This document shows, piece by piece, positions 50,229 through 60,800 of a DNA stretch of 64,000 bases. Positions within the stretch are counted from its first letter, which is position 1, and each line of letters opens with the position of its first letter. The DNA comes from an uncultured Acidimicrobiaceae bacterium (GTDB taxonomy: Bacteria; Actinomycetota; Acidimicrobiia; Acidimicrobiales; Bog-793). The position numbers and the translations under genes were made by a program. The DNA is taken from contig CAVRAT010000015.1 of the NCBI GenBank assembly GCA_963719125.1, positions 154,683 to 218,682 on the forward strand. Reading direction: 5' to 3'. The notes under the pieces are model-generated. The model did not search any database. It saw only the letters and a list, made by a program, of their open reading frames with translations, and had not been told where the DNA came from.

Positions 50229-51032
50229 GTGATGTTGCGCGTAGGAGTGTTCGGAGCCGCCGGTCGCATGGGAACCGCAACCTGTGCGGCGGTTCTCGCC
50301 GAAGCCGATCTCGAGCTGGTCGTGGCGGTCGACCCGGTCGCGGCGGGCCGCCCGCTCGACGAAGTCGCCGGGGTGCGCGGCAGTGGCCTTACGGTCGCCG
50401 CCTCGCCCGACGAAGCGGCCGGGGCCGAGGTGATGGTGGACTTCACGGTCGCGAAAGCGGCGCGTGACAATCTCCGCTGGTGCGCCGATCATGGCGTCCA
50501 CGCGGTCTGCGGCACGACCGGCTTCGATGCGGCGGACATCGAGTCCTTGCGGTCCTGGTTCTCGGGCGACGCCCATGCGATCGTGGCCCCGAACTTTTCC
50601 ATCGGCGCCGCGCTGATGATGCGTTGCGCGGAGCTGTGCGCCCCTTTCGTGGCCGGCGCGGAGATCATCGAGCTCCATCACGAACGCAAGCGCGATGCGC
50701 CCTCGGGGACCTCCCTCGAGACCGCACGGCGCATGCAGGCGGCGCGCGACGCGGCCGGGACCGGGGACTGGGCTGCCGACCCGACCGAGACCGAGATCGT
50801 CGCGGGAACGCGAGGAGGACGTGCGCAAGGCGGCCTGCACGTGCACTCGGTCAGGCTGCCCGGTTTCGTGGCGCACCAGGAGGTGATCTTCGGTCTCAAG
50901 GGCGAGACGCTGTCGGTCCGCCACGACTCGTTGGACCGGGCGAGCTTCATGCCCGGCGTGCTCCTGGCGGTTCGCGGCGTCGCCGAGTCCGAAGGGCTGA
51001 CCGTCGGGCTCGGGAGCCTGCTCGGGCTTTGA
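50229..51032 (+). CDS. dapB: 4-hydroxy-tetrahydrodipicolinate reductase
   Basis: VGVFGAAGRMG and ELHHERKRDAPSGT motifs. Confidence 0.92.
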   Translation: MMLRVGVFGAAGRMGTATCAAVLAEADLELVVAVDPVAAGRPLDEVAGVRGSGLTVAASPDEAAGAEVMVDFTVAKAARDNLRWCADHGVHAVCGTTGFDAADIESLRSWFSGDAHAIVAPNFSIGAALMMRCAELCAPFVAGAEIIELHHERKRDAPSGTSLETARRMQAARDAAGTGDWAADPTETEIVAGTRGGRAQGGLHVHSVRLPGFVAHQEVIFGLKGETLSVRHDSLDRASFMPGVLLAVRGVAESEGLTVGLGSLLGL

Positions 51033-51126
51033 GGCCACGCTGTCGGGGCCGAGGGCTCCGGTCGCAGAATTCGGGATCGGACCAGCTCTGTGCTGCTAGC
51101 TTTCGGTCCGTGACAGGGCCACGACG

Positions 51127-52077
51127 ATGGTAAGGGCTGCTCGACGCGCCGGGCGGTTCGGCGCGGTCGTGACCGCGATGGCGACTCCGTTCGATGCCGA
51201 GGGCCGGCTGGACACAGCTGGTGCGGTGGCTCTCGCCCGCCACCTCGTGGACAACGGGAGCGACGGGCTCGTCGTGACCGGCACGACCGGCGAGGCGCCG
51301 ACGCTCACCGATCAAGAGCGCGCCGAGCTCTGGTCGGCCGTGGCGCACGCCGTCACGGTGCCGGTGGTCGCCGGCTCGGGGACGAACGACACGGCCCACT
51401 CCGTCGAGCTCACCCGTGTGGCCACCGAGGCCGGCGCCGCGGGGATCCTCGCCGTCACGCCCTACTACAACCGCCCGTCCCAGCAAGGCATCGCGGCGCA
51501 CTTCGCCGCCGTGGCGGCTTCCACGACGCTCCCGGTCATTGTCTACGACATCCCCGTGCGCACCGGCCGCAAGGTTGCCATCGACACGCTGTTGCAGCTA
51601 GTGCATGATTTTCCGAACATCGTCGGCGTGAAGGACGCATCCGCGGACCCGGTCGGAGCCGCCAAGCTCAGGGCCAGGGCCGGGGAAGGGTTCGATTGCT
51701 ACAGCGGAGACGACTCGTGGACCCTTCCCTTGCTCGCGGTGGGCGCGGTCGGGGTCGTGAGCGTGTCCTCGCACTGGGTCGGTCGGGAACTGGGGGAGAT
51801 GATCAGGCTCTACCTCGAAGGTGACGTCGAAGGGGCCCGGCAGCTGAACGCGGCCCTGATCGAGCCGGTCTCGTTCCAGTCCAGCGACGAGGCGCCCAAC
51901 CCGCTGCCGACCAAGGCCGTCCTCAGGGTGCAGGGGCTCCCCGCAGGCCAGTGCCGCCTGCCGATGGGCCCTGCCCCGGACTGGCTGGAGCCCAAGGCGC
52001 GCTCCATGCTCGCCGATTTGCAGCTGTGGCGCTCGAACCGCCCGGCGCGTGCAGGAGTGACGAACCCGGATGCCTGA
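51127..52077 (+). CDS. dapA: 4-hydroxy-tetrahydrodipicolinate synthase
   Basis: TPFDAEGRLD, VVTGTTGEAPTL and YYNRPSQ motifs. Confidence 0.92.
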   Translation: MVRAARRAGRFGAVVTAMATPFDAEGRLDTAGAVALARHLVDNGSDGLVVTGTTGEAPTLTDQERAELWSAVAHAVTVPVVAGSGTNDTAHSVELTRVATEAGAAGILAVTPYYNRPSQQGIAAHFAAVAASTTLPVIVYDIPVRTGRKVAIDTLLQLVHDFPNIVGVKDASADPVGAAKLRARAGEGFDCYSGDDSWTLPLLAVGAVGVVSVSSHWVGRELGEMIRLYLEGDVEGARQLNAALIEPVSFQSSDEAPNPLPTKAVLRVQGLPAGQCRLPMGPAPDWLEPKARSMLADLQLWRSNRPARAGVTNPDA

Positions 52078-53731
52078 GGCGGTCCGAATCTCGTTCCTCG
52101 GGGGGCTGGGCGAGATCGGCCGCAACTGCGCGGTCGTCGAGCAGGCGGGCCGTCTCGTCGTCCTCGACTGCGGGGTGATGTTCCCCAACCCGGAGATGCC
52201 GGGCGTCGACCTCGTGCTGCCGGACTTCAGCTTCTTGCGTGAGCGGGCGGGAGACGTCGACGGGATCGTGCTCACCCACGGGCACGAGGACCATGTCGGC
52301 GCGCTCGCCTACCTCATGCGCGATGTCGACGCGCCCGTCTACGGTTCCGGCCTTACCCTCGGGTTCGCGCGCAACCGGCTCGACGAGGCGGGCCTCGGCC
52401 AGAAGGCACCTTTAGTGGAGGTGCGTGACGGCGAGAGGCGCCGGATCGGACCGTTCGAGGTGGAGTTCATCCCCGTGACGCACTCGGTGCCGAGTGGCTT
52501 CGCCCTCGCCTTTCACACCGCCCAGGGCGTTGTGCTGCACAGCGGTGACTTCAAGCTGGACCTGACACCGGTCGACGGGCGCAGGACCGACCTCGCCCGG
52601 ATCGGGCAGATCGCCGCCACCGAGGGCATCCGCCTCTTGCTGGCGGACTCGACGAACGCGGAGCTGCCGGGCTACACCGGCAGTGAGAGCGCCGTCGGCG
52701 AGTCGCTGCGGAGGATCTTCCTCCAGCAGAGGGGCCGCCGCATCGTGGTGGCCTGTTTCGCGAGCCACGTGCACCGCATCCAGCAGCTCGCCGACGCCGC
52801 CATCGCAAGCGGGCGCAAGGTGGCGCTCCTCGGCCGCTCGATGGTGAAGAACGTCGGCATCGCCCGGGAGCTCGGGATGTTGACGATCCCGGACCGCTGC
52901 TTCGCGGACATCGAGACGATCGGGGACCACAACCCGGGCGAGATCTGCGTCATCTCGACGGGCTCCCAGGGCGAGCCGATGTCGGCGCTGGCACAGATGG
53001 CATCGGGCGACAGCCGGTGGCTCCACATTGAGGAGGGCGACGTCGTCGTGCTCAGCTCGCATGCCATCCCCGGCAACGAGTGGGCGGTCGCGAAGGTGAT
53101 GGACGGCCTCGCCCGTCGCGGCGCGGAGGTCATCCACGCGGGTGTCGCCCACGTGCACGAGAGCGGTCACGCCCACCAGGGCGAGCTCGCCACGTTGCTC
53201 TCGATCGCGCGGCCGCGCAGCTTCGTGCCGGTGCACGGCGAGTACCGCATGCTCGTGCGCCACTCCCGCCTCGCCATCGAGATGGGCGTCGCTCCCGACG
53301 AGGTCCTCATCTGCGAGGACGGCGACGTCGTGCAGCTCGGTGACGAAGGGATCGACTTCGCGGGCGAGGTGTCCGCCGCCCACGTCTTCGTCGACGGGAT
53401 CGTCGGCGACGTCGGCGTGGGGGTCCTGCGCGACCGGCGCGTGCTCGCGGAGGAGGGCGTCGTCGTCGCCGTCGTCACCGTCGACGCGCGCACGGGCGAG
53501 CTCGTCGGCGCCCCCGAGATCGTCAGCCGGGGCTTCCTCGACGAACCCGGCGCCGAGTCCGTGGTCGAGGAATTGCGCTCCGGGCTCGTGAAGGCGATCG
53601 AGGTCGCCGTAGGCGAGGGTGGGCAGGACCCGGACGCTCTCCGCCGGGTGGTCCGCCGGACGGTCGGGCGCATCGTGAGCGATCGCACCCGGCGCAGGCC
53701 GATGATCGTTCCGCTCGTACTCGAGGCCTGA
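52070..53731 (+). CDS. rnj: ribonuclease J
   Basis: Metallo-beta-lactamase/beta-CASP protein with HGHEDHVGAL. It overlaps the dapA stop. Confidence 0.92.
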   Translation: MPEAVRISFLGGLGEIGRNCAVVEQAGRLVVLDCGVMFPNPEMPGVDLVLPDFSFLRERAGDVDGIVLTHGHEDHVGALAYLMRDVDAPVYGSGLTLGFARNRLDEAGLGQKAPLVEVRDGERRRIGPFEVEFIPVTHSVPSGFALAFHTAQGVVLHSGDFKLDLTPVDGRRTDLARIGQIAATEGIRLLLADSTNAELPGYTGSESAVGESLRRIFLQQRGRRIVVACFASHVHRIQQLADAAIASGRKVALLGRSMVKNVGIARELGMLTIPDRCFADIETIGDHNPGEICVISTGSQGEPMSALAQMASGDSRWLHIEEGDVVVLSSHAIPGNEWAVAKVMDGLARRGAEVIHAGVAHVHESGHAHQGELATLLSIARPRSFVPVHGEYRMLVRHSRLAIEMGVAPDEVLICEDGDVVQLGDEGIDFAGEVSAAHVFVDGIVGDVGVGVLRDRRVLAEEGVVVAVVTVDARTGELVGAPEIVSRGFLDEPGAESVVEELRSGLVKAIEVAVGEGGQDPDALRRVVRRTVGRIVSDRTRRRPMIVPLVLEA

Positions 53732-53778
53732 GCAGGGGGTTCTGACACCAGAGGTTTCCGGGATCGCTGTCACCGGGA

Positions 53779-56587
53779 GTGGCTGGTGTTAGCGTTGTGC
53801 GTATCGTGGCAGTGTCTCGACGTGTCATCTCGGGCCAATCCGGCGTGTCACGCGATGCTCCGACCAGGGGGAAGCCCGCAGGCTCCCCGCGGAGCGCAGC
53901 GCCGAAGGCCGGGAGACCCCAGCTCACAAGAGTCCCTGCCCCGCGCAAGGGCAACGGGCGGGCGCGCTCGCGCAAGAAGACGACAGCGCTCGGGCGCGGT
54001 GCCGGCCGGCTGGTCGACCTCATCGCGGCACCGTCGGAAGAGTCCTGGGGCTGGGCGCTCCTCGTCGTCGGCGTCCTCGCCGCCCTGGGGATCCATTTCA
54101 ACCTGCTGGGGCCGGCAGGCCACCTGCTACGGGCGGGGAGCGCCCGCGCCTTCGGCTGGGGAGCTGACGTGGCACCGGCATCGTTCGTCGTCGGCGCCGT
54201 CATCCTCCTCGCGGGGCGGGCGAGGCGCGGCCTGGGAGGGATTCTCGCCGCCCTGGTGCTCCTGCTGGTGGTGTCCGCCGGCCTGGCGGACCTGGCCGCA
54301 GGCTCACCCGGGACGTCGGCCGCGTGGCGCCTGCTCGGTGGCGCAGGTGGCATGGTCGGTGCCGGCGTGGGAGGCGGGCTCGCGAGGATCATCGGCGTCG
54401 CGGGTGCCTCCGTCGTGCTCGGGGCCGTCGCCGTGGCGGCGATCTGCGGGCTGGCCGGCATGCCCCTGCTCGCCGTCCTACGGGTGGTCGGCCGCGGCAT
54501 TGCGGCTGCGGCGCGCTGGACGGCCCGACTTTTCCGGGACTGGATCGCGGCAATGCGCGTGCAACCGCTCCCGGAGCGCCCGGTCGTCGTGGCCGCGGCC
54601 GCGGACGCCGACGGTTTCGGCGTCTGGCCTGCCAACGGCGGCTCGGCCGCGCCCGGGTCAGGTCACGTCTTGGTCCTCCCCGGAGCATCGGAGACCGAAC
54701 AAACCGCCATCGCCGCGGAGGCCCCGGAGGCCACCGCAGCCGAGACTCGCGTGGGGCTGGCAGATGCGGCGGTCGCCGGCGCGGAGCCGTCCGGTGGAGA
54801 CGCGCTTCGCGCCGCGACCGTCGCAGGAAGAGCCGAACAGCTCAGTCTGCCGGTCACTCCGGCGTCCGGATCGTGGAAGCTCCCGCCCCTCAAGCTCCTG
54901 AAGCGCAGCAAGGAGCAGGACCTCGACCGCAAGGCGATCGAGGAGCGGGGCCGCGTGCTCGAGCGTGCCCTCGCGGGCCACGGCGTCGAGACGCACCTTG
55001 TCGGTTACACGGTCGGACCCACCGTGACCCGTTTCGAACTCGAGCTCGGTACGGGCGTGAAAGTGGCGCGGGTGACCACCCTCGCCAAGGACATCGCCTA
55101 CGCCATGGCCTCACCTGACGTGCGCATCCTTGCCCCGATCCCGGGCCGATCGGCGATCGGGGTCGAGGTGCCCAACCATGACCGCCAGCTCGTCACACTC
55201 GGCAGCGTGCTGCAGTCGATCGAGGCCCAGAGATCAACCTATCCCCTCGAGGTCGCGTTCGGCAGGGACATCGCCGGCCGGCCGGTGATGGTGAACCTCG
55301 CCGAGATGCCGCACCTGTTGATCGCCGGGGCCACCGGGGCCGGCAAGTCGTCCTGCATCAACTCGGTGATCACATCGATCCTCATGAAGGCGACGCCGGA
55401 TCAGGTCCGCCTCATCCTCGTCGACCCGAAGCGGGTCGAGCTCGGCCACTACAACGGGCTTCCCCACCTGCTCACTCAGGTCGTGGTCAATCCGAAGCGG
55501 GCCGCCAACGCCCTCTCGTGGGCAGTGACGGAGATGGAGCGCCGCTACGACGTGCTCGCCGAGTGCGGCATGCGCGACATTGCCGGCTACAACGCCGCCG
55601 TCGACCGTGGCGAGCTCGACGGCGGGCCCCTTCAGGGCGTGCGGGCCCAGGTCGCGGCCGACCAGGCACCGTTGCTGGCCGAGCTGGCCCTGGCCGACAC
55701 CGAGCTCGGCGAGCTGGCCGCCGCCGAGGTCGATCTCGACAGCGCGGAGGCGGAGGACGAGACAGATCCCGGCGAGTCGGCTTTCGACGCCGACCTCAGC
55801 GCCGTCACTGCCGATGACCGGGAGATCGAGGACGATGCCTGGTTGGCGGGCGCCGACATGGCCTCCTCGTCGGTCGTCGCCGGGCGCGCCAGCTCGCCGC
55901 GGAGCCGGTCTTGAGACCCGCCATGTCCGGCTGCCGTTCATCCTCATCGTTGTCGACGAGCTGAACGACCTCATGATGGTCGCGGCGCGCGACGTCGAAG
56001 AGTCGATCTGCCGTATTGCGCAGATGGCGCGCGCCGTGGGGATCCACCTCGTCATCGCCACGCAAAGGCCCTCCGTCGACGTGATCACCGGCGTGATCAA
56101 GGCGAACATCCCTTCGCGGCTCGCCTTCTCGGTCTCCTCTCTCGCCGACAGCCGCGTCATCCTCGATCAGCCGGGCGCGGAAAGACTCGTCGGCCGGGGT
56201 GACCTCCTGCTGCTCACCGCGTCGTCGAGCGTGCCGCGGCGCATCCAGGGCCCGTGGGTGGGTGAGGACGAGGTGCAGGCCGTCGTCGCCCACTGGCGCC
56301 GCCAGAGCGGCCCGCGCTACGTCGACGGCGTGGAAGGCGAGGAGGCCTCCGAGAGCCGAGGCAGGGGCGTCGAGGACGACGACGACGAATACCTGCTGAG
56401 AGCAATGGAGTTGGTGGTGCGGTCACAGCTAGGCTCGACCTCCATGCTCCAGCGCAAGCTCCGGGTCGGCTTCGCTCGGGCCGGCCGGTTGATGGACCTT
56501 CTCGAAAGACGCGGCATAGTAGGCCCGTCCGAGGGTTCCAAGCCGCGTGCCGTCCTGATGACAGCCGAGGAGCTGGACGAGCTGTAG
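53779..56587 (+). CDS. ftsK: DNA translocase FtsK/SpoIIIE, reading frame interrupted (53779..55914 in one frame, continues from about 55913 in the +1 frame)
   Basis: The N-terminal TM region, Walker A (GATGAGKSS) and an acidic insert end at UGA 55912..55914. Walker B ([16 protein letters not shown]), the rest of the motor and the gamma wHTH ([24 protein letters not shown]) are in ORF 55580..56587. The exact N-terminal start is uncertain. Confidence 0.85.
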
Positions 56588-56620
56588 CCGCGAAGCCGGG
56601 CCAGCGACGCGGCCAACGCC

Positions 56621-58021
56621 ATGGACGATGAAGGTGCCATCCCACCGGTGATGACCGGGCCGCGGGAGGCCGACGACGGTACTGCCCCGTCGGCCAAGCC
56701 GAGGAGCCAGCTGTCCGCCGCGAAGGCTCGCCGACGCCGGCTTTACTGGCGCAGGCGGGCGACGGTGCTGGCGGCCCTGGCTGTCGTCCTGTCAGGCGTT
56801 GGGTGGCTGTTCTCAGGGCCCGGATCGCCCAGGCTCATCACCTCCAGCGATCCGCGACCCGTGCCGGTCCACCTGCCTTCGCTCGTCTCGATCGTGCGGG
56901 CGGTGACAAGGTTCCCCGGGACGTTGGAGCCGCTGCCGATCCCCTCGGCGGGTCAGTCCGCCGTGTACGTCCAGGGGATCGGGCTTCTCGGCGCTTCCCC
57001 GGATGAGCAGCCGGCGCCGATGGCGAGCGTGACCAAGGTCATGGCGGCTGTCGTCGTGCTCGAAGACCATCCCCTCGGCCACGGCTCCGGCCCGACGTTC
57101 ACGATGACCGCGGCGGACCACGCGGCATGGATCCGCGCCGTGGAGGCCGGTGACTCCAGTCTCGAAGTGGTCGCAGGAGAGCGCCTCACCGAGCGCCAGC
57201 TGCTCGAGGGGCTCATGATCCCCTCGGCCTGCAACATCGCCGACTATCTCGCCGTTTGGGACGCCGGGAGCATCGCTGCGTTCGTTCGCAAGATGAACAC
57301 GATGGCAGCAGCGCTGGGCCTCGCCCACACGCACTACACGGACGCGAGCGGCCTTAGCCCGTATTCCCGGAGCACGGCGATCGACCAGGCAGTCCTCGGG
57401 GCTTACGCGATGAGCGTGCCCGGAATGGTTTCCATCGTCGATCACACGGTGGTCGAGTTCCCGACGGGCCCGGTCGGCGGCTACAACCCGGCCATCGGCC
57501 AGGACGGCGTGATCGGCCTCAAGTCCGGCTTCACGGATGCGGCGCAGATCTGTCTCGTCACGGCCGCGAGGCGTTCCGTCGGTGGCCACAGCGTGCTCGT
57601 CGTGAGCTCCACGCTGGGCCAGCCCTCGAGCCTGGAATGGGCGGCCGAGATCGACCTGCAGCTTCTCGACGCCGCTACATCCGATCTGCGTTCACGGCCC
57701 CTGCTGCGTGCCTACCAGCCCGTTGCCAGAGTCGTCGCGGGCTGGAGCCGCGAGCGGCCGGTCGCGGTCGTCACAGTCCCCGTCACAGTTGTCGGCTGGG
57801 CGGGCCTGCCCGTGCGCACCGTCGTGAAAGCGTCAATCCCTGTGAAGCCCGCCAGGGGGCGCGGCTGGAAGTCGGGTACCCCGGTTGCCGATGTGGAGGT
57901 GCTGACGCCGGCGGGTGTGCAGTCGGTGACACCCGCGAAGCTGAGCCTTTTCCTCTCCTCTGCTCCGCCTGGGTGGACCCCCCCGCCCGCGGCCCGGCTC
58001 TCGGCCGCCGCTGGCAGCTGA
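56621..58021 (+). CDS. D-alanyl-D-alanine carboxypeptidase (S11 penicillin-binding protein family), membrane-anchored
   Basis: SxxK (ASVTK), SxN (SACN) and KSG motifs in the expected order, with an N-terminal TM helix. Confidence 0.8.
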   Translation: MDDEGAIPPVMTGPREADDGTAPSAKPRSQLSAAKARRRRLYWRRRATVLAALAVVLSGVGWLFSGPGSPRLITSSDPRPVPVHLPSLVSIVRAVTRFPGTLEPLPIPSAGQSAVYVQGIGLLGASPDEQPAPMASVTKVMAAVVVLEDHPLGHGSGPTFTMTAADHAAWIRAVEAGDSSLEVVAGERLTERQLLEGLMIPSACNIADYLAVWDAGSIAAFVRKMNTMAAALGLAHTHYTDASGLSPYSRSTAIDQAVLGAYAMSVPGMVSIVDHTVVEFPTGPVGGYNPAIGQDGVIGLKSGFTDAAQICLVTAARRSVGGHSVLVVSSTLGQPSSLEWAAEIDLQLLDAATSDLRSRPLLRAYQPVARVVAGWSRERPVAVVTVPVTVVGWAGLPVRTVVKASIPVKPARGRGWKSGTPVADVEVLTPAGVQSVTPAKLSLFLSSAPPGWTPPPAARLSAAAGS

Positions 58022-58030
58022 GAGTTCGCG

Positions 58031-58882
58031 GTGCGTGCCCGGGCTCCGGCGTCCTCGGCCAATCTCGGCCCGGGTTTTGACGTTCTTGCCATCGCCTTGT
58101 CTTTGTATGCGGAAGTCGAGATGGTCCCATCGGCTCGGCTCTCGTTGCGAACCGAGGGAGAGGGCGCTGAGCTCGCGCGCGACGAGCACCATCTCGCGGC
58201 GAGGGTGGCCAGGGCAGTGAACGGCCACGATCACTTCGCCATCCGGGTTCGCTCCGAGATCCCGGTCGGCCGTGGCCTCGGATCGTCCGCGGCGCTCACC
58301 GTCGCGGCCGCAGCCGCCGCCGGGGCCACCGATCCCCTGCAGGTCGCCGTCGGCTTCGAGGGTCATGCCGAGAACGCCGCGGCGTCGGTCCACGGTGGCC
58401 TCATCTCCGCCGCCATTCTCGACACCGGCCCTGTGGTGCGCCGGTTTTCTCTGGACCCGGGGATCGCCTTCGTCGTCCTCGTGCCTGACCGCGAGCTCCT
58501 GACCCTCGATGCGAGGAGCGCCCTCGACGCCGAGGTGCCGCACTGCGACGCCGTCTTCAACCTCTCGAGGATGGGCCTGCTCCTCGCAGGGCTCGCAGAT
58601 CGCGCCCTTTTGATCAGTGCCGCCGGTGAGGACCGTCTTCACCAGTCCCAGCGCGCCCACCTGTTTCCGGAGGCGTCCGAGCTGTTGGCGCGGCTGACAA
58701 AAGCGGGAGCCCTCGTGGCGTGCTGGTCCGGCGCGGGCCCCAGTTTGCTGGGCATCTGTGACGGCCCCGAAGCGGCGGCGCAGGTTCGTGATGCGGGGCA
58801 GGTCGCGCTCGAGTCCCTGGGGGTTCCCGGGCACACGACCGTGATAGTCCCGGACCTCGACGGTCTGATCGTCGAGCCCTGA
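58031..58882 (+). CDS. thrB: homoserine kinase (GHMP kinase)
   Basis: APASSANLGPGFDVLAIAL and PVGRGLGSSAA motifs. GTG start. Confidence 0.85.
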   Translation: MRARAPASSANLGPGFDVLAIALSLYAEVEMVPSARLSLRTEGEGAELARDEHHLAARVARAVNGHDHFAIRVRSEIPVGRGLGSSAALTVAAAAAAGATDPLQVAVGFEGHAENAAASVHGGLISAAILDTGPVVRRFSLDPGIAFVVLVPDRELLTLDARSALDAEVPHCDAVFNLSRMGLLLAGLADRALLISAAGEDRLHQSQRAHLFPEASELLARLTKAGALVACWSGAGPSLLGICDGPEAAAQVRDAGQVALESLGVPGHTTVIVPDLDGLIVEP

Positions 58883-58998
58883 CGGCTCCGGGCGAGAGCG
58901 CCGGGCGGGGCGCCGGGGCCGAGTTCCCTATGGGATGCGCTACGGCGCTCCGGTGATCCTCGCACCCCTGCAAAGCCCGATCCGGAGGAGGCAGGCCC

Positions 58999-59508
58999 TC
59001 ACTCCTGAGGGGGCACGCCGGCGGCGATCTCGTCGAGCCCCTGGGACAGGGTGTTCCACGAGAGCGTCGCGCACTTGATGCGGACCGGGAACTTGACGAC
59101 GCCCTGGAGGGCGGCGAGCTCGCCGAGGTCCTCGGGCTTGATCGTCTCGACTTCACCGCGAGCCTCGGCGTCCTCGCCCCCCTCCTCAGCTGAGAGCGAC
59201 TGCTCGTGGATCGACATCATCGCCTTGAACGAGCGGATGAGCCGGCGCGCCTCTTCGATCGGGCGGCCCTTCACCGTCGCGGACATCATCGATGCCGACG
59301 ACTGGCTGATCGAGCACCCCTGGCCGGCGATGCGCAGGTCGGTGACCATGCCGTCGCTGACTTCGAGGTACACGACGACCTCGTCGCCGCAGAGGGGATT
59401 GAATCCCTCGACCCGGTGGGCGGGAGGCACCGGGAGCTCGCCGCGGTTACGCGGCGAGCGGTAGTGGTCGAGGATGATCTCACGGTAAAGGTCTTCGAGG
59501 CCGGCCAT
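58999..59508 (-). CDS. sufU: SUF system Fe-S scaffold / sulfur acceptor SufU
   Basis: LDHYRSPRN, NPLCGD and GQGCSIS motifs. Confidence 0.88.
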   Translation of the reverse strand: MAGLEDLYREIILDHYRSPRNRGELPVPPAHRVEGFNPLCGDEVVVYLEVSDGMVTDLRIAGQGCSISQSSASMMSATVKGRPIEEARRLIRSFKAMMSIHEQSLSAEEGGEDAEARGEVETIKPEDLGELAALQGVVKFPVRIKCATLSWNTLSQGLDEIAAGVPPQE

Positions 59509-59543
59509 GGCGGTGTCGTGGCTCCTATTTCAGTTGACGTGTC

Positions 59544-60800
59544 TCAGCCGAAGAATGCTGCAGCGACGTCGAGCGCGTCTGAGAGAGCTTCGATGTCGTC
59601 CTCACCGCTGTAAACGTAGAACGACGCCCGTGCGGTTGCCGTGACGCCCAGCCGCCGCATCAGGGGCTTGGCGCAGTGGTGCCCCGCACGCACGCAGATC
59701 CCCTCCGCGTCGAGCACCTGGGCGAGGTCGTGGGCGTGAATGTCGCGCAGGGCGAGCGAGAGCACGCCTCCGCGCCCGGCCGGGTCGGAGGGCGGCCCGA
59801 AGATCCGCAGCTCGGCCCCGTGGCGCTCGGTGAGGAGCTCGATGGCCCGCGAAGTGAGCGCGGTCTCATGCGCCTCGACCCGGTCCATCCCCAAAGACTC
59901 GAGGAACCGGATGGCGGCGTGCAGGCCGACAGCCTCGGCGATGGGCGGGGTCCCGGCTTCGAACTTCCAGGGAAGATCGTTCGGCGTGAAGCCGTCCAGG
60001 CGCACGTCGCGGATCATCTCGCCGCCGCCGAGGAACGGCGGCATCACCTCGAGCAGCTCCTCGCGTCCCCAGAGCACGCCTATGCCCGTCGGTCCGAGCA
60101 TCTTGTGGCCCGTGAAGGCCAGAAAGTCGACTCCGAGCGCGCCCACGTCGACGCTGCGGTGGGGGACGAGCTGGGAAGCGTCGGCGACGACGACGGCCCC
60201 GGCCGCGTGCGCCGCCTCGACGACGGGGCGGAGGTCGTTGATCGTGCCGAGCACGTTCGACATGGCCGAGATGCCGACGAGCCCGACACCGTCGACGAGC
60301 CGGTCGAGGTCGCTCAGGTCGAGCCGGTAGTCCGCCGAGACGGGGAGGTAGCGGAGCTCCACCTGGCGTTCGGCGGCAAGCATGAGCCAAGGTACGAGGT
60401 TGGCGTGGTGCTCGAGCTCGGTCAAAAGGATCGCCTTGCCCTCGGGGAGAAGGTGCCGGCCGTAGGAGTGGGCGACGAGGTTGAGCGCCTCGGTGGCGTT
60501 CTTCGTGAACAAGATCTCCGTGTCGGGCCTCGGCGCGTGGATGAACCGTCCCACGGCTCTCCGTGCCATCTCGAACTGCCGGGTGGCCTCCTCCGCGATG
60601 GCGTAGACGCCACGGTGCACGTTCGCGTGGGTGGTCTCGTAGTAGTGGTCCATGGCGTCGAGCACGGCGCGGGGCCGCTGGGACGACGCGGCCGAGTCGA
60701 GATAGACGAGCCTCTTGCCGTGCGACTCCTGTTGGAGCAGGGGGAACTCCTTGCGGAGGGCAGTGACATCGAGCGGGCCGGCCGCGACGGCGGTGGTCAT
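59544..60800 (-). CDS. sufS: cysteine desulfurase, SufS type
   Basis: PLP lysine context FTGHKMLGPTGIG and catalytic Cys in RAGHHCA. Confidence 0.92.
   Translation of the reverse strand: MTTAVAAGPLDVTALRKEFPLLQQESHGKRLVYLDSAASSQRPRAVLDAMDHYYETTHANVHRGVYAIAEEATRQFEMARRAVGRFIHAPRPDTEILFTKNATEALNLVAHSYGRHLLPEGKAILLTELEHHANLVPWLMLAAERQVELRYLPVSADYRLDLSDLDRLVDGVGLVGISAMSNVLGTINDLRPVVEAAHAAGAVVVADASQLVPHRSVDVGALGVDFLAFTGHKMLGPTGIGVLWGREELLEVMPPFLGGGEMIRDVRLDGFTPNDLPWKFEAGTPPIAEAVGLHAAIRFLESLGMDRVEAHETALTSRAIELLTERHGAELRIFGPPSDPAGRGGVLSLALRDIHAHDLAQVLDAEGICVRAGHHCAKPLMRRLGVTATARASFYVYSGEDDIEALSDALDVAAAFFG

Noticed and set aside
55633-55912. The 280-nt ftsK insert as a miniature mobile element, flanked by CTT direct repeats.
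   Set aside because: I found no terminal inverted repeats. The segment shows strong in-frame codon periodicity continuous with upstream ftsK. A 3-nt repeat is expected by chance. A translated lineage-specific insertion is more likely.
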